64,000 nt of DNA from Flavobacterium sp. (GCF_043779715.1 NZ_JAYWDT010000240.1:1621-65620), one strand, 5' to 3'; positions 42,638 through 51,070 are shown, counted from the stretch's first letter. Made by a program: numbers and translations. The notes: a model not told the origin generated them from the sequence alone.

Positions 42638-43440
42638 CTTGGTAATATTTTAAATGTATGTGGTAATATTCTAACTCCAGAAGCAGTTGCTCCTTTTTTA
42701 ATTTCTTCAGCAGTAACAAATGCTATATTATCATTATTAGCCAAAGCTTTTATCGCTTGTCTTTGAGCATCAGTTTCTATTCGTAATTCAAAAATGTCTG
42801 CATGTCTGAATTGATCAATTGGATAATCCTCGTTTCTAAGAATACCTTCCTGATGGTCAAATAGGAAAGCATACTTTATATGTTTAAAATGTTCCGCAGG
42901 TAAATAACCAGGTTCTATTAATTCCTCAAAAAATTCTCGCCAAGGGTCAATTTCTCTATTTTTCCTACTATTAAACCATTTAAAAAAATCAATCAGATTC
43001 TTTCGTTTATTTATTTTAATTCTCAAGTCATTTTCTGTAGCACTATCTCTTGGAACCTCATTGCATGGAATTATGCCAAGTTTATCGAAATTTTCTCTGT
43101 TCTCTTCTTTAAAATATTTGTAAGCACCACCTACAGGCTGAAATCCAATAAAATCTTCTTTATGCCTTTTTATCAGCATGTATTTTCCGTTATGTTCTAT
43201 TCTGAAAAGATATGCCACAGTTACCCTTACAGGAGCATTTGATTTCCATATTTTTGTTACAAGCAATTTCCAATGTTTTTTATTATCATAAAGAAATACT
43301 ATAAAATCAATAATACTTGCTATTAAAAGCCCTAAAGCAATCTTAAAAACGGTACTTTGTGCCTCACCTGTTAGGAAGACACTACAAAATATCAGTCCTG
43401 TCAAACCAATAATGAAACTTATTTTTCCTTTTACATTCAT
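42634..43440 (-). CDS. 2TM + SMODS-associated NUDIX-like effector
   Basis: Two N-terminal TM; RVTVAYLFRIE..YMLIK, FQPVGGAYK, WREFFEEL; ATGA overlap with the CD-NTase. Confidence 0.8.
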   Translation of the reverse strand: MNVKGKISFIIGLTGLIFCSVFLTGEAQSTVFKIALGLLIASIIDFIVFLYDNKKHWKLLVTKIWKSNAPVRVTVAYLFRIEHNGKYMLIKRHKEDFIGFQPVGGAYKYFKEENRENFDKLGIIPCNEVPRDSATENDLRIKINKRKNLIDFFKWFNSRKNREIDPWREFFEELIEPGYLPAEHFKHIKYAFLFDHQEGILRNEDYPIDQFRHADIFELRIETDAQRQAIKALANNDNIAFVTAEEIKKGATASGVRILPHTFKILPR

Positions 43441-43445
43441 TTTGT

Positions 43446-43670
43446 CTATCCTTTAGGTGGAAAATTATCTTTTCCATATGTATTCCTTTCTCTTATTTGC
43501 CCATTCGGTCTATGAATAAACATTTCGGATTTCTGATTGATTGCAATGTTCCTTGCAATTTTTATTGCTTCAGTCTGAGTTGAAACTACTTTAGTAGCTT
43601 TACTATTACCAGCTCCTTTTACTTCCCAATTGTCCCCTTTAGGAACAACATGTTGATTTTTCTTGCTCAT
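43446..43670 (-). CDS. DUF2188-family small protein (probable start MSKKNQHVVP)
   Basis: HVVPKGDNWEVK..TQ.EAI..AR..IH..GQIRE..YG.D.FPPKG. Confidence 0.85.
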   Translation of the reverse strand: MSKKNQHVVPKGDNWEVKGAGNSKATKVVSTQTEAIKIARNIAINQKSEMFIHRPNGQIRERNTYGKDNFPPKG

Positions 43671-43701
43671 GATGATTTTTATTAATAATTTAGTTATACT
43701 T

Positions 43702-43769
43702 TTGTTGCATATATAAGATAAACAATTGTTTTGTTGCAACAAAGATAAATATTAATTTTGATTGTTGCA
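43702..43769. promoter_or_regulatory. Candidate operator: three TTGTTGCA boxes in the divergent CBASS/HTH promoter
   Basis: Copies at 43702, 43731 (within palindrome TTGTTGCAACAA) and 43762, about 30-bp spacing. Confidence 0.55.
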
Positions 43770-43806
43770 CTAATGAAACAGTGTTTAATACATAAAACTT
43801 ATCAAC

Positions 43807-44142
43807 ATGCAATCAACACTTAACACAGACCTTTTAGCAGGAATGTTAAAAAGTAAAAGAGAAGGTAAAGGTTTACGAACTATTGCTGAAGAAATTGGAA
43901 ATGTAAGTGCAGCTACATTATCAAGGATTGAGCAAGGGAAAATTCCAGACGTAGACACCTTTATAAGTATCTGTAGTTGGCTCAAGGTTACAACCGACAC
44001 CTTTATTATTGGCGAAATCCAAAATAAAATTATTTCTAACAAAGATCATGTAGTAGCTCATCTCAGAGCAGAAAAAGAATTAAGTAAAGATACCGTCAAT
44101 ATGCTTATCAAGATGATTGACATGGCTTATGAAACTAAATAA
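43807..44142 (+). CDS. XRE-family HTH regulator (CapH-like)
   Basis: GLRTIAEEIGNVSAATLSRIEQGKIPD. Confidence 0.88.
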   Translation: MQSTLNTDLLAGMLKSKREGKGLRTIAEEIGNVSAATLSRIEQGKIPDVDTFISICSWLKVTTDTFIIGEIQNKIISNKDHVVAHLRAEKELSKDTVNMLIKMIDMAYETK

Positions 44143-44153
44143 GCGTATATCTA

Positions 44154-44738
44154 TTGGCAACGAAAACTACCCTAATTCGCGGATTTAAATCCAAAGCCGA
44201 ACGCATAGCGCTCGATTATCGTCAGAAACTTGGAGTGCATGCTTGTGCACCACTTTGCGCCTTTAAGGTTGCTAAATATTTGAGTATTCCTGTTTATAAT
44301 GCTACTGAGTTTATAACAGACGAATTTGAATTGCAAAAATTAGAAGGTAAAGTTTGTGAGGAGTATGGTTGGAGTGCTTTAACAATGCTCACTAAGGCAG
44401 GCAATCGAATTATCATCCATAACAATTTTCATACAGCTGCTCGACAGCAAAGCAATATTATGCATGAGATTGCGCATATTATTTGTGAACACGAGATTAA
44501 AGCACGTCCAGAAGGAATTGTTTTACCCCTTGGGATGCGTGATTTTGATAGAAATCAAGAGGATGAAGCAATTTATTTAGGTGCGACAATGCAATTATCA
44601 CGCCCATGTCTTTTATGGGCTAAAAAGACTAAAATGACAAATGCTGAAATTGCACGTCATTATAATGCTAGCATGGAAATGGTTAATTTTAGAATTAGCT
44701 CTACTGGAGTTAACAAACAATTTCAAAAGGCAGTTTAA
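44154..44738 (+). CDS. ImmA/IrrE-family metallopeptidase (CapP-like)
   Basis: RQQSNIMHEIAH (HExxH); QEDEA. Confidence 0.88.
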   Translation: MATKTTLIRGFKSKAERIALDYRQKLGVHACAPLCAFKVAKYLSIPVYNATEFITDEFELQKLEGKVCEEYGWSALTMLTKAGNRIIIHNNFHTAARQQSNIMHEIAHIICEHEIKARPEGIVLPLGMRDFDRNQEDEAIYLGATMQLSRPCLLWAKKTKMTNAEIARHYNASMEMVNFRISSTGVNKQFQKAV

Positions 44739-44793
44739 AATTGAATTTTTAAATTACAAAGTATGAAGTCACGTCCAAAACAAAACTTCAAAA

Positions 44794-45555
44794 TTATTTA
44801 AAAATATCTTTTAATACGCTTGATAATCTTATGCCGGCTTTCTGGATCTGTTCCTGAATAATTATAAAGTTTGCATCAACATATGAGTCATTTATTTTGG
44901 CTCCGTAAGTTTTGTAAATTATTGGTAAATAACTTCTCGATTGGTTTGCCCATTCTATCACATCGATTTTCTCAATCTGCGCTACTTCTTCTTTTGAATA
45001 GGTTTTTGCTTTTAGGCATTGTGGTAATGACAAAGTTTTATACTCTATAATTCCAGAATCGTAGAATGAGTGGAGGTTAGTTCCCCGCCCATAAAAGTTT
45101 ATCTGGTAGTTGTTTCCACCTTTATCCTCTCCATAACCTACGTGTAATGGTTGGTGTAAATCGCCTACTAAATGAAACAGAATGCATAGTTTTGTTTTTA
45201 CTTCTTCTTTAGAAAGTGTTTTGTGATTTTTTAGTTCTTCTATTGTTTTAGTTAACGCACCAATAATATTCTCTTCGTTGTTTGCGGTTATTTTCTGACC
45301 TCTCTCTGCATTTATGTAATGTAATTTTCTAAGATAATCGTAAGCCTTGTCGCTTTTAATATCATCCATCCAATTTGCGGCATCCTGAATGGTCATTCCA
45401 TCAAGATATTCTAACAATACTTTTCTTGTAGCTGGATCTAAATAATTAAATGCTACTTCTGCAACTAATGAATGTCCTTTTTTACCCCAGGCAAAGGAAG
45501 TTGTAGATTGGAAAGCTGTGAATACTATTATTGTGAGAAAAATATATCGTTTCAT
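44794..45555 (-). CDS. S1/P1 nuclease
   Basis: Signal peptide; WGKKGH, WMDDIK, HLVGDLHQPLH, NLHSFYD. Confidence 0.93.
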   Translation of the reverse strand: MKRYIFLTIIVFTAFQSTTSFAWGKKGHSLVAEVAFNYLDPATRKVLLEYLDGMTIQDAANWMDDIKSDKAYDYLRKLHYINAERGQKITANNEENIIGALTKTIEELKNHKTLSKEEVKTKLCILFHLVGDLHQPLHVGYGEDKGGNNYQINFYGRGTNLHSFYDSGIIEYKTLSLPQCLKAKTYSKEEVAQIEKIDVIEWANQSRSYLPIIYKTYGAKINDSYVDANFIIIQEQIQKAGIRLSSVLKDIFK

Positions 45556-45754
45556 TTTTTGATTATTAAAAGTTTCGAAAGGTAGGTTTTTTTCTTTTAC
45601 TTCAAAAGAAGTGCTGATTGCAAATCATAAGTCTTCTCAATTGTTGTTTATTGCCAATACAACCATTAATTAGCCCTATCATATTTTAACTGTTTTAAAA
45701 TGATAAATAATCTGACGCAATTTCTAAATAACTTCTGTTAAGTCAAAATTTAGA

Positions 45755-46717
45755 TTAAATTTTAAACCCTTTATTTTTTGCAAAAAATATTATTGTTGCA
45801 AAAGTAATTGCATTATCAATATCTAATTTTCGATTATTGTAACTAGACTTTAAAAGGTTAATTGATTTTTCTTCATTATGTTTCACTTGATCTAAGCGAC
45901 AAAGTGATAAGAAATATTTCTCACCTACATCATAACTAAAAGCTGATGCGATAGCAAAAGAAACTTTAAGCCAATCATCATGTGTTTCTGTTATTGATAA
46001 ATTTCTTTTAGTTAGATATTTTATAATTTGTCTAATCGTATTTCTATCTTCGACTTTATTGAGACCTTCAGTGGCATAAGCACTTTTTAAGAGGGAAATA
46101 CTTTTGATTAGACCTTCTGATTTTTTTGAACTCTTTTTTTTATTTTCTTCTAAAAAATCAACATATACTTCAGCATTAGAATTAAAGAATATGTTTTCAT
46201 CCCATGAGGAAAAGCAAAGTCTTGAGATATCTTTACCGCTAACATCAAGTTCGATTTCATAGTTATCAATAAAGTAATTTTTCAAGGAGTTAAAAATAGC
46301 TTTATGTTTTTCGTAATTACTATTAATTTTTATCAACCCTTTTAGCCCGTTGCCAGAAGGAGAATCCCAAAATGATAAAATATATTTATCATTAGAAAGT
46401 ATTGTTTTGATATCTATTAGTTCGTTACTAGATAAATTGTCAATATCTAAAATCATAAGATTGTTATATATTGTTAACTCTGAAGCTTTTCTAACATTCG
46501 CGAATTCTGCACAAAAAGTTACAGCTGGTAATTTACTTTTGAGCACAACATACAATTCCTTATTATTAGCAGCTAGAGCCGCTCTGCATTTTAATATCAA
46601 ATCTTTATACTTACCAGTTTTAATATTTTTCAATTCATCAAACAATAATATACTAACGCCTTGTTTGGCAGTCATATTTTGAAACTGAGTAATTCTGATT
46701 TCCGAAAGTTTTTTCAT
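45755..46717 (-). CDS. VirE N-terminal (BT4734-like) + PriCT-2 primase-like protein, with no helicase domain
   Basis: KSKLPAVTF, LMILDID, SPSGNGLKG, DISRLCFSSWD (VirE_N); DWLKVSFAIA..G..F..L..ITFATIIFFAK..G (PriCT-2). Confidence 0.82.
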   Translation of the reverse strand: MKKLSEIRITQFQNMTAKQGVSILLFDELKNIKTGKYKDLILKCRAALAANNKELYVVLKSKLPAVTFCAEFANVRKASELTIYNNLMILDIDNLSSNELIDIKTILSNDKYILSFWDSPSGNGLKGLIKINSNYEKHKAIFNSLKNYFIDNYEIELDVSGKDISRLCFSSWDENIFFNSNAEVYVDFLEENKKKSSKKSEGLIKSISLLKSAYATEGLNKVEDRNTIRQIIKYLTKRNLSITETHDDWLKVSFAIASAFSYDVGEKYFLSLCRLDQVKHNEEKSINLLKSSYNNRKLDIDNAITFATIIFFAKNKGFKI

Positions 46718-46725
46718 ACAGTATG

Positions 46726-46743
46726 CAAAAATAGTTATATTTG
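46726..46743. promoter_or_regulatory. Back-to-back Bacteroidota -7 boxes (TAnnTTTG)
   Basis: TATTTTTG on the - strand (46733-46726) 9 nt before the primase ATG; TATATTTG on the + strand (46736-46743) before the RNA/RT. Confidence 0.6.
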
Positions 46744-46749
46744 TTTAAT

Positions 46750-46934
46750 GCGTAGCTAAGGGTGTTATGTATAACATCATTTTAAACAGGAGGGCTATTT
46801 GGCCTAGGAAGAGAAATCAACCGAAAAATCCGCGGGTCATAAGGGTCCTGATTATTTTATTTTCTGGCTCGATTGTGTATTGAGTTCATCGGTAGACAGT
46901 CTTTATTCATCTATTATTTAATTTCCGGCTACGC
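46750..46934 (+). ncRNA. Putative RT-associated structured RNA
   Basis: Terminal stem GCGTAGCT (46750-57) / GGCTACGC (46927-34); internal hairpins at 46761-78, 46787-850 and 46866-86; ~39% GC by hand count in an AT-rich island; begins just after a -7 box. Confidence 0.6.
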
Positions 46935-46951
46935 TTTTTATTTGCAAATTA

Positions 46952-48750
46952 ATGACAGATTTAAATTCTTATTTCACAGAGGAAAATATTATTAAGTTGC
47001 TCTGTAAATATAGGGCAAATGAGGCTAATAAGCGACATGCGAAACACATGATTAGAAATGTTAGTTTGCATAAATCTACTAATAAAGTTTTGATAACCGA
47101 TGAGCAAGAGAATTTCAAGTTTCTACAAAAGTTATTTCCTTCAAGAAGAGATTGGAAAAAATTAAATGAAATTGAAAGGAAAACCTATGTAGATACTTTA
47201 AGTATTAATAGAAAGCGTCTTTATAAATCATATGAAACAGCAAAAAGGGAAGTTGATACAAGAGGAGGTATTCCTGCTGAGTGGTATAAACAACTTATCG
47301 ATTTTGTGAATGAAATAAAAGATGATATTGACAATATCGAAATATCTTCATTTATATTTAGTAAACCAGATATTCTGGGGATTAAAAAGGAAATAAAGCA
47401 TGAGATTATAGAAGGGGTAAAGCATAACACCATAATATAATATACAGACCTATTGCTTTATATGAATACAAAGACAAAATAATATGTTCTTTAACTTCAA
47501 GGTATTTAGTAAATTATTTTGAGCCCCTTTTTGCCAAACTAAATTGTTCTTTTGCCTTTAGACCAAAAAATACTGATGATAGGGTTCCTGACCATCATGA
47601 TTGTATACAAGAAATTTTAGTTTACAAGAATCAACATCCTGATTTGTGGGTGTCAGAGTGTGATATTCAGAAATTTTTTGATACAGTACAGCACAATCAT
47701 ATACTTAAGGTTTTGGATAAGCATACAACGGTGGTTGAAAAAAAATCTGGGTTTATATTTGACATACGAGCGAGAAAAATTTTTAATTTATTTCTCGAAT
47801 CATTCAATTTTCAACAAAGCATTTTAAGTTTAGATGCAGCTTGGTTTGAATCTAAAAACTTACCATTTGGAAAGTTTAAGTGGGTTGAGAGCCAATTAAA
47901 TGCAAAGTTTGGCTCTAATTATACAGAAACACACAAAATTGGAGTACCACAGGGTAATGCTATCTCTTGTTTTATAGCAAATCTAATTTTACATGATGTA
48001 GATGTTAGCGTTAAGCAATATGATAGTTCAATTTTTTATATTCGATATTGTGACGATATGGTTTTAATGCATCCTGATGAAAAAAAATGTTTGGAAGCAT
48101 TAAAAATATATATGAAGGGTATTGATGATAATTATCTCTTATTTCATGCTCCGGAGAAATTTGTAAATTATAAAAATCGTTTGACAAGTCATGATTTTTG
48201 GGAATCAAAGTCAAAAGAACCTTTTTTTTGGGGAGACAAAAACTCTAATGAAAATAATGTTCCTTGGGTATCGTTTGTTGGGTATCAAGTTGACTATCAT
48301 AAGCGGATAAGAGTAAGGAAGTCTACCTTGAAAAAGGAAACTAAAAAACAAATATTTGAAACCCAAAAGGTCATAAAGGCACTAGGAAAACTTCACAGAC
48401 ACATGGAAGTGGAAGATGAGTATGCTAGATTATCCAAAGACCAAATTGTTTTTAGAATGCAACAGCGATTAATTTCGATGTCAGTAGGAAGAGTAACCAT
48501 CCATAATCACAGAAAGCCATTAGAGCAGGGATTTTGTTGGACAAATGGATTTAAAAAACTTGAAAAGAATAGAATAAGTAAGAAACAGATAAGACATTTG
48601 GATAAAAGGAGAAACCTTCAAATTAATAGAATTCGAAGAGAGCTGCGAAAAGTTGAAAAACCTAACGATAACGCTACCTTTCCCGATGAATTAAAAAAAC
48701 TTCGCTTTGGTGGTGCTTATAGTTATTATAATTTTTTAAAGCATAAATAG
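46952..48750 (+). pseudogene. UG/Abi-like reverse transcriptase (~597 aa when repaired), frameshifted at 47432-47444
   Basis: Frame 2 MTDLN..KPDILGIKKE..HNTII* joins frame 1 IIYRPIALY..SFAFRP..ECDIQKFFDTV..GVPQGNAIS..YIRYCDDMV..SFVGY; all core RT motifs present. Confidence 0.88.
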
Positions 48751-48792
48751 TTTACTTAAATGAATAAACACCAAATAAACTTTTTTTTATAG

Positions 48793-49524
48793 TTAATTAT
48801 CTTCTAGTACTATTAAGTATTTTTTATATAGTTCCACAAAGATTTTGTCGATTAGTATTAATACTCCGAAATAAACAAAATAATTCTCATACTTAATATT
48901 TTCTCCAAGCAGTGTTTTTAAGGTTGGCAAATTTTGCTGATATGATTGGGTATTGTGTGCTATTTTATTCCTGCGTTTGTATAAATGTTCTTCGTATATT
49001 CTTTTCAAAGAATTGTCAGTAGTTCCTGCTGCAAATAATGTGTTATCGTCATTTGCGAAAGATGAAATTAAAATACTGTTCCAAATCGTGCTGTATTCGT
49101 TAAAACTCTTTTGTGCCCAAATTGACAAATTTGTATTTAAAAACCTATTTGTCAGTTCTGAAGTTGTAGTGGATAAGATTTCCGCTTTATTGATTTCAGT
49201 TAAGACATTAAAGCTTGAATTGTATTTTTTTATTTGCTTAATTAAATCTTTATAAATTGTTTGTTTGTCTTTGAAAGTCGAACATTCGCCCAATGGCATT
49301 TTGGTAAAATGATATCTATATTCGAAATCATTAGTAGCCATTTCCCAGCAGATACATTTCATTTTTTGTTCTTGCGAACCAGTCATTTTTAGAAAAACAG
49401 ATTGCATAACATAGTCGCACATTGGGAATGTTTCAATACCACTGCCGATTCCAGCACTAGCAGAAACAACATCTTTTAATATATCGGAAATTGGCGATAA
49501 AATGAATTGACTGTGATTATGCAT
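48793..49524 (-). CDS. HEPN-like protein (putative RNase)
   Basis: C-terminal RRNKIAHN (Rx4H); overlaps the DUF262 gene by 8 nt. Confidence 0.6.
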   Translation of the reverse strand: MHNHSQFILSPISDILKDVVSASAGIGSGIETFPMCDYVMQSVFLKMTGSQEQKMKCICWEMATNDFEYRYHFTKMPLGECSTFKDKQTIYKDLIKQIKKYNSSFNVLTEINKAEILSTTTSELTNRFLNTNLSIWAQKSFNEYSTIWNSILISSFANDDNTLFAAGTTDNSLKRIYEEHLYKRRNKIAHNTQSYQQNLPTLKTLLGENIKYENYFVYFGVLILIDKIFVELYKKYLIVLEDN

Positions 49525-50698
49525 TTAGAAAAGTTTTATAAATATCAATTGAAGAATCAATGCGGGACTTCAAATACTTTAGTGCGTTTGGAGCTCTAGT
49601 GTGTGATGGATCTGCTTTGAATAATCTTATTTTTTCGTCAAGTTTTTCTTTTAGAAGATCTTTTTTGGTAATATCTAATACCTTGTTTTGAAAAACGATA
49701 GTATATATTAATCCAAACAAATACAAATCTAAATCGATAATAGATGTGTATTGTGTAGGTGTTTCCAAGGAAGTAATACTCTCCTTTAGATGTTCAAAAC
49801 GTTCACTATAATTTCGGTCATTAAAAATAGTTGAAAAATCAACAAATAATGATGAATCATTCTCGCCTACTACAGAATATATGTATTCTTCATAATAAGT
49901 TTCCATTTTAGGTTTGTAACCTCTTGCCACTTTATTCGTGTTGCCATCTTTTATATACTGTGATAATAAAGAAAGATATCGAACAAAGTCTGCCTTGGAT
50001 TCAGCACTACCGCTTCTACTAATAATAAACCGGACAAATTTTGGGTCAAAAAAATCGCCTAAATTTTTATCTAGAAAGTATAATGATGCTCGGCTTTCTT
50101 GCGGCAGGAGAACTTGTCCCTGAACATTTATATTACGAAAAACTGATGAATAATATTTCTGTTGGATTTGATCGCTGTTTGCAATATCGGGAACTAAATA
50201 TGAAAAACCGAGAAATGTCGTTTTTAGAAACTCCTCGTCAATGTTTAAATTTATATTTTTATAATTGCCCTCGGTTATTCTACTGAGTATTTGTTCTCTA
50301 TTTTTTCCTTTCTCAGTCAATAAGTTAAATTTCCATTCGAAGATATTGTCAAGCGAATCGTCCTCTTCATCTTCCTCATCTATTTCACTGGCGAATCTTT
50401 CTTGAGTCAATTTATAGATTGTTTTATCGGGATATAGCCCTAAGTACGCCAGTAATATGCTAGTTAACCTTTGCTGTCCGTCAAGAAGTAAATTTTGGTT
50501 AGCATTTCCAATTTTAAAAGCTCCAATTGTTACTGGAGGAACAAATTGCTTTTTCTTGAAAGTATTGATTAAGGTTTCTACTTTTCTTTCGTTCCAAACA
50601 AAATATCGTTGATAATCTGGAAGAATAATGTTTTGTTTTAAAATTAAATCAATCCAATGTTCTAGAGAATACTCTCCATAAAAAACTCTATTATCCAT
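49517..50698 (-). CDS. DUF262 (ParB/Srx-like, GmrSD N-terminal) domain protein
   Basis: LPDYQRYFVW, LLLDGQQRLTS, FRNINVQG. Confidence 0.87.
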   Translation of the reverse strand: MDNRVFYGEYSLEHWIDLILKQNIILPDYQRYFVWNERKVETLINTFKKKQFVPPVTIGAFKIGNANQNLLLDGQQRLTSILLAYLGLYPDKTIYKLTQERFASEIDEEDEEDDSLDNIFEWKFNLLTEKGKNREQILSRITEGNYKNINLNIDEEFLKTTFLGFSYLVPDIANSDQIQQKYYSSVFRNINVQGQVLLPQESRASLYFLDKNLGDFFDPKFVRFIISRSGSAESKADFVRYLSLLSQYIKDGNTNKVARGYKPKMETYYEEYIYSVVGENDSSLFVDFSTIFNDRNYSERFEHLKESITSLETPTQYTSIIDLDLYLFGLIYTIVFQNKVLDITKKDLLKEKLDEKIRLFKADPSHTRAPNALKYLKSRIDSSIDIYKTFLNA

Positions 50699-50803
50699 AT
50701 ATAACTAATTTTTATATTTTTAGCAGCTAATTTATTTTCTGTAATTAAGAAGTGTGAAATGTCAAATATAAATTATTTTCTTTACTTTTTTCTATCCTTC
50801 CAA

Positions 50804-50908
50804 CTAATCATTTTTAAAGAAGTTCTTTTTATTCTCATAGATTTTACCTCTTAGGAATGCACCAACTATTACTATTATAACAAGACCTACTATTTCGTAC
50901 CATACCAT
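50804..50908 (-). CDS. Candidate 34-aa single-TM small protein
   Basis: MVWYEIVGLVIIVIVGAFLRGKIYENKKNFFKND*; hydrophobic helix plus basic tail; follows the conserved 28-bp motif. Confidence 0.4.
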   Translation of the reverse strand: MVWYEIVGLVIIVIVGAFLRGKIYENKKNFFKND

Positions 50909-51070
50909 ACTGTTTAAAAAAATCAAGATTTGATTTACTTGATTTGGTTGCAAACCTCAGCATTTTGTATTGTTAAAGCAAGAAGTATAGTGTGTGATTC
51001 CGGAATTGAATACTACAAATATGAATTTATTGCACAAAAAAAGATGCCCAGGCATCTTTCAAATATTTCT

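Noticed and set aside
46952-47440. Independent 162-aa gene upstream of a 368-aa RT
   Set aside because: RT region-1/2 motifs straddle the junction (KPDILGIKK..YRPIA..SFAFRP), so the two ORFs are one frameshifted gene.
46750-48750. Classical retron (msr-msd with a1/a2 repeats)
   Set aside because: A terminal inverted repeat exists, but the RT lacks the retron NAxxH and VTG signatures (it has SFVGY), is long (~597 aa), and no long msd stem is evident. Kept as UG/Abi-like pending phylogeny.
46952-48750. Group II intron RT or DGR RT
   Set aside because: No recognisable maturase X/En domain, intron domain V or interrupted host gene; no TR/VR repeat pair or avd-like gene seen.
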